Assembly: GCA_040876265.1 (NCBI GenBank)
Contig: JBBDPN010000001.1
Span: 438,208 to 502,207, forward strand
Source: Candidatus Woykebacteria bacterium
GTDB lineage: Bacteria; Patescibacteriota; Microgenomatia; Woykebacterales; RBG-16-39-9b
Direction of reading: 5' to 3'
Length of the DNA stretch: 64,000 nt
The notes under the pieces are model-generated. The model did no database searches. It was not told the origin of the DNA and worked only from the letters and a program-made list of their open reading frames with translations. The translations under genes were made by a program, and so were the position numbers. Below are positions 7,701 to 16,051 of the stretch, piece by piece (positions within the stretch are counted from its first letter, which is position 1; each line of letters begins with the position of its first letter).

Positions 7701-8081
7701 ATGGATCTAGACAGAATCCTGCAATTGCTTGAATATCACACCTCTACTTTTTATTGGACTCGTTTTTGGCTCAAGCTAAAATTCCGATTCGAATGTCTAT
7801 TTGCCTTTATCCCTGCAAAGAAAAAACGCGAGAAATTCAATAACTACATAAAGAGACTGGATATTTATCAACAAAAGATAGTGATCAAATATCATATTGA
7901 TATGCATACCAACTGTATTGACAGAATAGAAGCTCTAGGAACGGAGAAGATAGAAGTGGAAGGTGGATACATGACAAATACAGACTATTACGATGCAAAA
8001 AAGGATAAAAAAAGGCTGGAAAGTTACTACGAAGATCTTCCTAAAATCTATCAAAAACACACAAATCAAAAAAAGTGGTAG
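7701..8081 (+). CDS. hypothetical protein (126 aa)
   Basis: The ORF has its own promoter. I could not assign a family. Confidence 0.45.
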   Translation: MDLDRILQLLEYHTSTFYWTRFWLKLKFRFECLFAFIPAKKKREKFNNYIKRLDIYQQKIVIKYHIDMHTNCIDRIEALGTEKIEVEGGYMTNTDYYDAKKDKKRLESYYEDLPKIYQKHTNQKKW

Positions 8082-8115
8082 ATCTTGGATCGAAAAACAC
8101 ACCAAATAAATTTCC

Positions 8116-8144
8116 TTGACACCTTTCCCAATCAGGCATAAAAT
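8116..8144 (+). promoter_or_regulatory. promoter TTGACA-N17-TAAAAT
   Basis: The ATG at 8154 lies about 10 nt after the -10 with no SD, suggesting a leaderless transcript. Confidence 0.45.
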
Positions 8145-8153
8145 TCATCCACT

Positions 8154-9074
8154 ATGCAGATATTTAAATTGAAAGGTTCAGATCTGTCTCCTCTTTCCGA
8201 GAAAAAATTTAACTTGGAAAAAGATATTCAGAGCCTTACTGAAAAAAATTTAGAGACCATTTTTGGCTACGAGTTTGTTTCTACCGAGTTTAATGTAAAT
8301 AATTTCTGGATAGATACTTTAGCTTTTGATCCGGAAAGTAGATCGTTCATCATAATTGAATACAAAAGAGACCAGGGGATGTCTGTAGTAGATCAGGGTT
8401 ATGCGTATCTAGCAGCGATGTTGAATAACAAAGCTGAATTTATCCTCGAATATAATGAAAAACTCAAGAAATCGTTAAATAGGAACGACGTTGATTGGTC
8501 TCAATCAAAAGTAATATTTATCTCTCGTCACTTTACTACTCATCAAAAAGGAGCAATTGAATTTAAGGATTTACCGATTGAGCTGTGGGAGGTTAAAAAG
8601 TTTGAAGAAGATCTCCTCGTCTTTAATCAACTAAAGCCGGCAGAAATAAAGGATTCAATAAAAACAGTTAGTAAAAGTAAGACCGTTAGGGATGTTAGCG
8701 AGGAGGTTAAAAGCTATACTTTGGATGATCATTTAGCAAAAATCGATCAAAATTCAAAAGAAATATTTTTAAATTTGTATAACCAACTTCTTGAAATTGG
8801 AGACGGAATAACAGAAAACGTGACTAGATACTATATTGGTTTTAGGTTTCATGGTACTAACTTTACTTCTATCTCCTACCGCAACGGTACTGTCATTCTC
8901 AATTTTAGAACAAAAGTTAAGCCAAGTACGCAGTTAAAAATAGAAAAACTACCTGAAACAGCCTGGGATACCACACCATTGTGGAAAACTACGATTAAAA
9001 GCACCTCTGAAATCCCAGCAGCTTTAGAAATAGCAAAACACGCTTATAAAGACTACGAATCAAGGTTCAAATAA
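8154..9074 (+). CDS. PD-(D/E)xK nuclease-fold protein with DUF5655-like C-terminal domain
   Basis: The segment IDTLAFDPESRSFIIIEYKRD carries a D...EYK motif (a PD-(D/E)xK-like core). The C-terminus has YYIGFRF...ISYRNGTVILNF. Family assignment is from recalled patterns only. Confidence 0.45.
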   Translation: MQIFKLKGSDLSPLSEKKFNLEKDIQSLTEKNLETIFGYEFVSTEFNVNNFWIDTLAFDPESRSFIIIEYKRDQGMSVVDQGYAYLAAMLNNKAEFILEYNEKLKKSLNRNDVDWSQSKVIFISRHFTTHQKGAIEFKDLPIELWEVKKFEEDLLVFNQLKPAEIKDSIKTVSKSKTVRDVSEEVKSYTLDDHLAKIDQNSKEIFLNLYNQLLEIGDGITENVTRYYIGFRFHGTNFTSISYRNGTVILNFRTKVKPSTQLKIEKLPETAWDTTPLWKTTIKSTSEIPAALEIAKHAYKDYESRFK

Positions 9075-9082
9075 TACTTCCC

Positions 9083-9111
9083 TTGACACTTCAGGATCTT
9101 GATCGTAAACT
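9083..9111 (+). promoter_or_regulatory. promoter TTGACA-N17-TAAACT
   Basis: The box CCCTTGACACTTCAGG is nearly identical to the box at 9391. Confidence 0.45.
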
Positions 9112-9137
9112 TTTCTTATTGTCTGGAGGTGATGGAA

Positions 9138-9386
9138 ATGGCAGAATTTATTGGCGTGCACAAACTTTTACCTGATATGAAAGCGGAAGATGTGGAGGCC
9201 GGCTATCAATCGTATAAAGAATCGGCGATGAAGATGGGTTTGAAGCCTATGCGTGCTCACTACAGCATGGAAAAGGCTGTTGCCTATTGTGAGACGGAAG
9301 CTTCTTCTGCGGAGGAAGTTAGAAAAGCTCACGAAGGTGCTGCAATTCCTTTGGAAGACGTGATCGAAGTAAAGACAATTGAATAA
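9138..9386 (+). CDS. DUF4242-family small protein
   Basis: SD GGAGGTG lies 7 nt before the ATG at 9138. The sequence MAEFIGVHK...AYCETEASSAEEVRKAHEGAAIP..DVIEV matches the DUF4242 pattern. The upstream in-frame ATG at 9099 lies upstream of the predicted transcription start. Confidence 0.5.
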   Translation: MAEFIGVHKLLPDMKAEDVEAGYQSYKESAMKMGLKPMRAHYSMEKAVAYCETEASSAEEVRKAHEGAAIPLEDVIEVKTIE

Positions 9387-9390
9387 TTTC

Positions 9391-9419
9391 TTGACACCTC
9401 AGGCAAACAAACATAAACT
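9391..9419 (+). promoter_or_regulatory. promoter TTGACA-N17-TAAACT
   Basis: TCTTGACACCTCAGG followed by TAAACT. Confidence 0.45.
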
Positions 9420-9500
9420 TCTTTCAGGTGTGGATCATTGAAAAAGGCAAGACGGAACCTATTTTTGTTAGAGCCTACCCTGCCTAAGAATTGAGTATTT

Positions 9501-9731
9501 ATGTTTAAAGAATTAGATACAGTAGTTTTAACCCACGATATTAAAGACCACAGCCTTGAGGAAGGTGATATTGGTACTGTCGTTCATACTTATGGTGAAA
9601 GAAAGGCTGTAGAAGTCGAAGTAGTAAAAGCTGATGGCACTACTGTAGCTGTACTTACACTTGAACCAAAAGACGTGCGGAACATAACCAGAAGTGAAAT
9701 CCTAAAGGTAAGAGAATTTGCCACCATTTAA
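9501..9731 (+). CDS. DUF4926-family small protein
   Basis: The sequence ELDTVVLTHDI..H.L.EGDIGTVVH...AVEVE....G.TVAV.TL matches the DUF4926 pattern. Confidence 0.5.
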   Translation: MFKELDTVVLTHDIKDHSLEEGDIGTVVHTYGERKAVEVEVVKADGTTVAVLTLEPKDVRNITRSEILKVREFATI

Positions 9732-9914
9732 ACATTTGGGGCAATAGGATAGGCCTTGAAAACCACAGACCATTCTTTGAAAGTTTCCACCAATTGATCC
9801 ATATTTTTGTCAGAAAATACATGACTAGCGTCAGCTGGGCATATAATTTCGTTCGTAAATATAGAACCAGGGCTCACCATTATTGGTTTTTTGGGTCTGA
9901 AATCAAAAAAGTAA

Positions 9915-10334
9915 TTAGTAATCTTTCAAGGGTTTGGTTTTAATCTCTGGGTCTTTACCTTGGTCCTTGAGATCGTCTGTAACCAAAGTTGCGTTGTATT
10001 GCTTGGCTAAAGACATAAAAGAAGCATCATAGTAGGTAATCTTTTTCTTAAAAGCCAGTTCAAAAGTTTGTTTTGCCAAATCCTCAGTTTCACTGACAAA
10101 GGTAATTGGTAGAGAATAGGCAGGGCCAAGAGAAACATTTGCTTCTTGTGGAGTCAGTTTTTTACTTTTCAAAAGTACATTTCCCACCTCATATCTAGCG
10201 AGTTCCGGGGCAAGTAATTCAACTTTACCGTTTCGAGTGTCTTCAAGAATCAGATTGGCTTTATCAAGGTTATCCTCATCTTTTTTGTTTAACCACTTAA
10301 TAAATACTGAAGAATCTATAACTAGAGTGTCCAT
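9915..10334 (-). CDS. vapC: PIN-domain toxin VapC
   Basis: The N-terminus carries LVIDSSVFIKW (the first PIN acidic residue). TDD lies near the C-terminus. The gene follows the antitoxin ORF at a 3-nt spacing. Confidence 0.75.
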   Translation of the reverse strand: MDTLVIDSSVFIKWLNKKDEDNLDKANLILEDTRNGKVELLAPELARYEVGNVLLKSKKLTPQEANVSLGPAYSLPITFVSETEDLAKQTFELAFKKKITYYDASFMSLAKQYNATLVTDDLKDQGKDPEIKTKPLKDY

Positions 10335-10337
10335 TTA

Positions 10338-10598
10338 TTAGTGTGATCGGCGGTCCTTTTCCAAAAATTCTGTTGCACTCTCATTTCCTCTTCCAGAAAT
10401 GGCTCTTGAAGCCTCAATTTTTTTCCAAATTTCATCCCAATTCTCAGGAGTTTTATGAGGTTTCATAACAATTTCATCAGGTTTTACTACACTTATTGAA
10501 ACAGCAGACATAGGGTTTACCCACTCAACGGTTTTTCTAATAGAGTCGGGTATGGTTATTTGACCACGGTTCCTTACTATTACAACATTTTTTTTCAT
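10338..10598 (-). CDS. vapB: AbrB/MazE-family antitoxin VapB
   Basis: The sequence GQITIPDSIRKTVEW has the swapped-hairpin AbrB/MazE signature. The gene lies immediately upstream of the PIN toxin. Confidence 0.65.
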   Translation of the reverse strand: MKKNVVIVRNRGQITIPDSIRKTVEWVNPMSAVSISVVKPDEIVMKPHKTPENWDEIWKKIEASRAISGRGNESATEFLEKDRRSH

Positions 10599-11102
10599 AT
10601 TTTCAGAATATAAGATAATCTGAATAATGTCAAGAGGTTTCTAAGACACTCCTTTTTATAATCCGCAGGAATTACGTCTTGTCTCCGTGCAGGACATAAT
10701 CGCAGATTACATCTGCTCTTGTATCGCAAGAGCGATATACTGTCTCATTTGTCTCACTTCGACCTCGCGATTCGACTGAGCTTGTCGAAGTCTCAGTACA
10801 GGCATTTAGCCTCGAGGATGAGACACGATAATTGCGACTATAATCGTCCTCGATTACATCTCGCCGCTTGAAACTCTGCGAGTTATAGCGATTGAACTGA
10901 CCGAGACCCCCAATGCTTCACCATGGTTCGACAGGCTCACCATTTGGTGAGTGAGGCAAATCAATTGTGAGATGGGGGATGAGAAGTTTACCCTGAGTCT
11001 ATCGAAGGGAATCCCGCCGGGGTCACCAATATCACTTGACACCAGTTGAGAAAATAGGGTACCTTAGTACAGAGGAGGACTGCCTGACTCTGGTAGTTTT
11101 TT

Positions 11103-11882
11103 ATGGCTGAGTTTCCAACTGACCCAACAAAACCAAACGACCCAACTGCTCCAGGAGAGACAAATTTGCCAACCGATATTCCAGCTGGAGCTAGTACGCA
11201 GCCACAACCACCAGCTCCTTCATCTACGACGGCGCCAACTAGCGCCGCTCCACAACCACCAAATCCTAGTCCCTCACCGCCGCCAGTACAAAATAACGAC
11301 ACTAGTTCACAAATGCCAGCTGCCGCACCGTCTCCCTCGGAGCAGTCGAATATTCCGGATCCTCCCCAACCAACTACGGGACCAACATCACCTGTACAAA
11401 TACCAGGGGACCCAGCTTCTACTCCAACCCAAACACCAGACCCTGCGTCTCAACCTGCACCTTCAGTCGTAACCACCGAACCTACGGACCCGGCTCCAAT
11501 ACCGCTTGCTTCCGAAACAACACCAGAACCCTCTCAACCACCGCCACCAAGCGCTGAGACAACACCCCCACCGGATCCGGGTATGAGTAGTGCAGAAGAG
11601 GTAGGACCACCATGGATGCGCACTGACCCAAACGTTCGGGCATCGCAAGATGCTGCTGGTGGAGAGACTCCAAATGCGGATCTTGCTCCAGGACCTGTTT
11701 CACCCGAAGCACTTCCCCCCTGGCAACAAGCCAGTCAAGGGTTAGGCACGCAAGTAGAAACAGATGATCCAGAAGCAAAAGAAGGACATTTTCCGGTTAT
11801 CATTTTTGTCATTTTAGTTTTGGGTATAATTGTGGCGATTGGTGTCTTCCTTTTCACCCAAGGCGTTCTACCTTTCAGTTAG
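11103..11882 (+). CDS. Pro/Thr/Ser-rich low-complexity protein with C-terminal TM anchor
   Basis: The protein is about 60% P/T/S/A/Q. The C-terminus FPVIIFVILVLGIIVAIGVFLF is hydrophobic. Confidence 0.55.
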   Translation: MAEFPTDPTKPNDPTAPGETNLPTDIPAGASTQPQPPAPSSTTAPTSAAPQPPNPSPSPPPVQNNDTSSQMPAAAPSPSEQSNIPDPPQPTTGPTSPVQIPGDPASTPTQTPDPASQPAPSVVTTEPTDPAPIPLASETTPEPSQPPPPSAETTPPPDPGMSSAEEVGPPWMRTDPNVRASQDAAGGETPNADLAPGPVSPEALPPWQQASQGLGTQVETDDPEAKEGHFPVIIFVILVLGIIVAIGVFLFTQGVLPFS

Positions 11883-11898
11883 AGCTTCAGTTTTTTGA

Positions 11899-12591
11899 TC
11901 AACGGCCAAAGTTTCTCACTCTATTAGAAAAATCCGCCGCTATTTTTTTCAACTCCTTTTCGCTAAAATCTGGCCAAAGTGTATCTGTAAAATAAAGTTC
12001 CGAATAGACAGACTGCCAAAGTAGGAAATTGGATAGCCTTCTTTGCCCACCGGTTCTGATGATCAAATCTGGGTCGGGTACACCGGTTGTGTAGAGGTAT
12101 TTTTCTATACTCTCACTTGTTACAGTCCTGGATGGCTTATTTATTTTTCTGACGGCCTGAACGATTTCATCTCGGCTACCGTAATTTAAAGCGATACTTA
12201 AAAAAAGGTCGTTGTTCTTAGATAATCTTTTTTCAACGTCCTTTGCTGTTTTTTGGATATCTACTGGCAAACCACCTAGATCACCAATAAATCTAACCTG
12301 GACTCCGTTCTCCTTCAACATAGGCAGCTTTTCGGCTAATCCCTTTTTTATCAACGAAAACAGAAATGAAATTTCCAGCTTACTTCTCTCCCGAATATTT
12401 TCGGTCGAAAGAGCGTAAACAGTAAGATATTTAACACCTAGCTTTTTTGCTCCTTTCACAGCGCTCTCAAGCGCCTCTAGGCCAGCCTCGTGACCTTTAT
12501 AAGCAGACACCTTTTTTGCCTCTGCCCAGCGGCGATTACCGTCCATAATTATGGCAACGTGTCTTGGAACGACTTTTTTCACGGGACTCAT
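11899..12591 (-). CDS. uppS: undecaprenyl-diphosphate synthase (isoprenyl transferase)
   Basis: The motifs HVAIIMDGNRRWA, RERS and LLWQSVYSELYF are typical of cis-prenyltransferases. Confidence 0.9.
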   Translation of the reverse strand: MSPVKKVVPRHVAIIMDGNRRWAEAKKVSAYKGHEAGLEALESAVKGAKKLGVKYLTVYALSTENIRERSKLEISFLFSLIKKGLAEKLPMLKENGVQVRFIGDLGGLPVDIQKTAKDVEKRLSKNNDLFLSIALNYGSRDEIVQAVRKINKPSRTVTSESIEKYLYTTGVPDPDLIIRTGGQRRLSNFLLWQSVYSELYFTDTLWPDFSEKELKKIAADFSNRVRNFGR

Positions 12592-12663
12592 TATATATCA
12601 CGGTAAGTGCGCTCAAGCAACTTTGACTTGAAAATGGAAAAAGTTTAAACTAGAAATACTCTG

Positions 12664-13797
12664 ATGAAAAAAACTGCCCCGGCTCCAAAAAACTCTAATG
12701 TCCCAGCAAAACCCAACCATCCTGAGGCACAAGAAAGCGGCGAGAATCTTCTGAGCGAAGTACAAGTATTACTGGATAAAGTTCACAATTCTCACGTTCC
12801 CCCAAACTTAAAAACAGAGCTTACCGAAACGTTAAATAGGCTCAACCGGGCAATGCAGCATTCGTTTTATCAAGTTGAGTTTGAGCAGACCACCAGATAC
12901 GTAGAGTGGCTACTTGCCATACCTTGGGGTGAACGTAGTAGCGATAATCTTGACCTGCAAAAGGCCAAAGAGATACTGGATAAAAATCATTTTGGTCTGG
13001 ACCATATCAAAGAGCGGGTACTTGAGTACTTATCGGTGCTGAAGCTACAGGCAGAACACGAGAAAACTGGAGTGGTAACGCTTTCCCGATCGCCAGTTCT
13101 CTGTTTCGTTGGTTTACCTGGAACTGGAAAGACTTCTCTAGGGGCCTCAATTGCCGAAAGTTTAGGTAGAAATTTCATCCGCCTCCCGATGGGAGGTTTG
13201 GCGTCTACTCTTATTTTACGTGGCCAAACCCGAGCTTACCCGGAGGCCGAACCAGGAAGTCTAGTAAAGGGATTGGCAAGAGTAGGGACAAAAAATCCAG
13301 TTATACTACTGGACGAGATAGATTCAATTGCGCAGGGCGCGGAAAGTGACGTCATGGGTGTGCTGCTTGAGTTGCTTGACCCCGAGCAAAACAGTGCTTT
13401 CGTTGACTATTATGTCGATCACCCCGTTGATCTTTCCGAAGTGCTTTTTGTTTGCTCCGCCAACAAAATTGGTGGTATATCTTCAGCTGTCATGGATCGG
13501 TTGGAAATAATTATTATGCCCCGCTACAGCGAAGAAGATAAAATTCAAATAGCTAGGGATTATCTTTTTCCCAAGGAACTACAAAACGTTTCTTTGGATG
13601 AAAATATAGTCACTATCGCCGATGATGCTTGGCCACACATTATCAAACCATTTGGTTATGATATAGATATCAGAGCCTTGCAAAGGACAATCAACGGGAT
13701 ATTGAGAAAAGTGGCAAAAAAATACGTAGAAGGAAAGATAAGTCAGGTAACGATTTCCGCCGCCACACTGCCAGAATTCCTCCCCGAATTTGTTTAA
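12664..13797 (+). CDS. Lon-like AAA+ ATPase lacking LonN and S16 protease domains
   Basis: Walker A GLPGTGKTSLG and Walker B ILLDEIDS are present. The segment TRYVEWLLAIPWGERS...KEILDKNHFGLDHIKERVLEYLSV parallels the Lon region preceding the AAA core. LLELLDPEQNSAF is also present. The protein ends after the alpha-helical lid, with no PKDGPSAG Ser site. Confidence 0.7.
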   Translation: MKKTAPAPKNSNVPAKPNHPEAQESGENLLSEVQVLLDKVHNSHVPPNLKTELTETLNRLNRAMQHSFYQVEFEQTTRYVEWLLAIPWGERSSDNLDLQKAKEILDKNHFGLDHIKERVLEYLSVLKLQAEHEKTGVVTLSRSPVLCFVGLPGTGKTSLGASIAESLGRNFIRLPMGGLASTLILRGQTRAYPEAEPGSLVKGLARVGTKNPVILLDEIDSIAQGAESDVMGVLLELLDPEQNSAFVDYYVDHPVDLSEVLFVCSANKIGGISSAVMDRLEIIIMPRYSEEDKIQIARDYLFPKELQNVSLDENIVTIADDAWPHIIKPFGYDIDIRALQRTINGILRKVAKKYVEGKISQVTISAATLPEFLPEFV

Positions 13798-13799
13798 CC

Positions 13800-15947
13800 C
13801 TAAGCTAGCTGCGTATTACGTAGTGTAAGCGCATTTATTACAACAATGACCGAGCTGGCACTCATAAGTAGAGCCGCCCATTCAGGGCGAAGTAATATCC
13901 CAAAGGAGAACAACAAGCCAGCCGCTACTGGAATGGCGATCACATTGTAACCAGCTGCCCACGCTAGGTTTTGTTTCATTTTGGTATTGGTTTTTTGCGA
14001 AAGTTTGATCGCTTTGACCACATCCCTGGGATCATCCTTTACGAGAACGATTTCTGCTGCTTCGATCGCGACATCGGTCCCCGCTCCAATCGCAATACCT
14101 ACGTGGGCTTGCGTCAGAGAGGCAGCATCGTTCACCCCATCACCCACCATAGCTACTACGTTACCGTCCTTCTGGAGCTCCTTAACCTTATTCACCTTAT
14201 CCTCTGGCAGTACTTCCGCAAATACAGTATCTATATCCAATCTTTTAGAAACAGAGTCGGCAATTGCTTTATTATCACCAGTTAGCATAGCGGTTTTTAT
14301 ACCCATTTTTTTCAGAGCTCTTATCACTTCTGGAGATTCTTTACGAATGATATCTTCCAACGCTAAGATGCCTGCTAATTTTTTATCAACAGCTACCCAA
14401 ATGAGGGTCTTATCTTTTGCCAGTATCTTTATTTTTTCTTCATGCCGCTTTGTGTCAAACCCAGACTCTTCCATCAAAATCTTGTTACCAAGTATCACTT
14501 CTTTACCATCGACTACTCCTTTTGCCCCTTTTCCTGGTACAGATTGAAATTTTTTAGCGGGTTCAAAAGAGACCTTTCTCTTTTTAGCCTCATCGACTAC
14601 TCCTACTGCAATCGAGTGCTGGGAGTGAAATTCCACAGCAGCGCCGAATTTTAGTAAATCTGCTTCAGAAGTATCTGAAAGAGCAGTTACTTCGCTTACA
14701 CCAAATTTACCTTCGGTCAAGGTACCAGTTTTATCAAAGACTACGTAGGACAGATTTCTAGCAATTTCGGCGGCTCTCATATCCCGTATTAAAATACCGT
14801 TCTTGGCTGCAAGGGACGTCGTTATGGTCGTTACAGTAGGTATAGCCAATCCCAGAGCGTGTGGGCAAGCAATTACTACTACTGATATAGCCAAAGTGGC
14901 GGCAAATATAGCTGGAACCGTAGTTTGTGGGGCAATAAAAAACCAAAATACAAATGTGGATACGCCAACAATTACTGCCGTAAAGGTCAAGTATTTCGCC
15001 GCTGTATCAGCCAATTTTTGTACCGGGGGTTTTGTCTCTTGTGCTTCTCGGATGAGTTCCATCATTTGGGAAATCGCAGTGTCCTCCCCAGTCTTGGTAA
15101 CTTCGATGGTTAAAGATCCATCGTTATTGATTGTCCCACCAATCACTCCATCTCCTGTTTTTTTATCTACCGGTCGGCTCTCCCCAGTGATCATAGCCTC
15201 ATTTACACTAGATTCGCCACCGAGGACCTTACCGTCAATCGGTATTTTTTCCCCTGGTTTAATCAGTATTAAATCGCCCTTTTTAAGCTCCTCCGTTTCC
15301 ACGTCTCTTGTTACTTGTTTCTTGTTACTTGTCTCTATTTTATGAGCGGTCGGAGGAATTAGCTTGGCAAGCTCGGCCAAAGCCCCGCTAGCACCACGCA
15401 CGGCTCTCATTTCCATCCAATGACCAAAAAGAAACGCGAGTACAAGAGTGGAAATTTCCCAATAAAGGCTCTCTCCGGGAAAAATGAAAGTGGCCGCGAC
15501 ACTGAAGATATAACCGGAAAGTACTGCAAGCGAAACAAGAGTCATCATCGCAAAGCTGCGAGTTTTGATTTCTCCAACCGCCATTTGGTAAAAAGGGAGG
15601 CCGGCATAAAGGACGATTATTGAAGCCAGTGCAAAGAGAACGATTTCTCTGCCTGGGAAATCGATAGAAAATCCAAACCATTGCTGGATCTTTGGAGATA
15701 GGGCCAACACAATTATTGTGAGCGGTAGCGCGATGAAAAACCTGCGTTTGAAAGCTTCTTCCATCCCAACGTGTTTACCACCATGTTCATGTTTTTCTAG
15801 CTTCATACCACACTTTGGGCAATCGCTGGGAGTTTTCTTTACCACCTCTGGGTGCATTGGGCAGGTGTAAACATTCGAGTTGTGATCACTTTGCATGTGC
15901 ATCTGTTTCCTCACCATCCTTTTCCTTCTCAACCATAAACATTCCAC
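13800..15947 (-). CDS. copA: copper-translocating P1B-type ATPase
   Basis: The N-terminus carries YTCPMHPEV...CPKCGM. The core has a CPH transmembrane motif, DKTGTLT and GDGVNDA. The gene begins with a GTG start. Confidence 0.9.
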   Translation of the reverse strand: MECLWLRRKRMVRKQMHMQSDHNSNVYTCPMHPEVVKKTPSDCPKCGMKLEKHEHGGKHVGMEEAFKRRFFIALPLTIIVLALSPKIQQWFGFSIDFPGREIVLFALASIIVLYAGLPFYQMAVGEIKTRSFAMMTLVSLAVLSGYIFSVAATFIFPGESLYWEISTLVLAFLFGHWMEMRAVRGASGALAELAKLIPPTAHKIETSNKKQVTRDVETEELKKGDLILIKPGEKIPIDGKVLGGESSVNEAMITGESRPVDKKTGDGVIGGTINNDGSLTIEVTKTGEDTAISQMMELIREAQETKPPVQKLADTAAKYLTFTAVIVGVSTFVFWFFIAPQTTVPAIFAATLAISVVVIACPHALGLAIPTVTTITTSLAAKNGILIRDMRAAEIARNLSYVVFDKTGTLTEGKFGVSEVTALSDTSEADLLKFGAAVEFHSQHSIAVGVVDEAKKRKVSFEPAKKFQSVPGKGAKGVVDGKEVILGNKILMEESGFDTKRHEEKIKILAKDKTLIWVAVDKKLAGILALEDIIRKESPEVIRALKKMGIKTAMLTGDNKAIADSVSKRLDIDTVFAEVLPEDKVNKVKELQKDGNVVAMVGDGVNDAASLTQAHVGIAIGAGTDVAIEAAEIVLVKDDPRDVVKAIKLSQKTNTKMKQNLAWAAGYNVIAIPVAAGLLFSFGILLRPEWAALLMSASSVIVVINALTLRNTQLA

Positions 15948-16037
15948 ACTTAGGGCACTTTCCAGGTTCAGTGGATTGAACCTCTGGATGCATGGTACAA
16001 GTGTAGCTATTTATATCTGAATGTTTTTGTTTGTCCA
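15885..16037 (-). CDS. 50-aa ORF encoding a second copy of the YTC(T/P)MHPEV...CPKCGM metal-binding motif, out of frame with copA
   Basis: The product is MDKQKHSDINSYTCTMHPEVQSTEPGKCPKCGMFMVEK.... It overlaps the copA start region in another frame. This is either a separate small metal-binding peptide or a frameshifted first metal-binding domain of copA. Confidence 0.35.
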
Positions 16038-16051
16038 TTTCTGAAAACCCT

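Noticed and set aside
9099-9137. Upstream ATG (9099) as start of the DUF4242 gene
   Set aside because: It lies upstream of the predicted transcription start from the TTGACA-17-TAAACT promoter at 9083-9111. GGAGGTG is correctly spaced for the ATG at 9138.
6030-9420. Idea that the repeated TTCTTGACA boxes are integron attC-like or cassette-specific recombination sites
   Set aside because: The same extended -35 with a 17-nt spacer and A/T-rich -10 also precedes unrelated genes at 11036 and about 58550. The lexA promoter also uses TTGACA-17-TATAAT. The boxes therefore behave as ordinary promoters. No integrase is present.
10640-11090. tmRNA (ssrA) assignment for the ORF-free structured region
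   Set aside because: GATTCGAC/GGTTCGAC strings and a ...CTCACCA end are present. However, I could not find the 5' GGGG acceptor strand, a complementary 3' acceptor strand or a tag-peptide reading frame. Without a covariance-model search the call would be unsupported.
10988-11778. Minus-strand ORFs of 61-104 aa overlapping the Pro-rich surface-protein gene, and one at 10988-11302
   Set aside because: They are antisense to a GC-rich, CCN-codon-dense gene and have low-complexity Gly/Cys/Trp-rich translations. They have no SD and no plausible independent promoter. Open frames are expected by chance in locally GC-rich DNA.
13971-15345. Plus-strand ORFs of 104-188 aa antisense to copA
   Set aside because: Their Ser/Thr/Ile-rich low-complexity translations mirror the copA codon bias. 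There are no start-site signals. copA itself has unmistakable P-type ATPase motifs.
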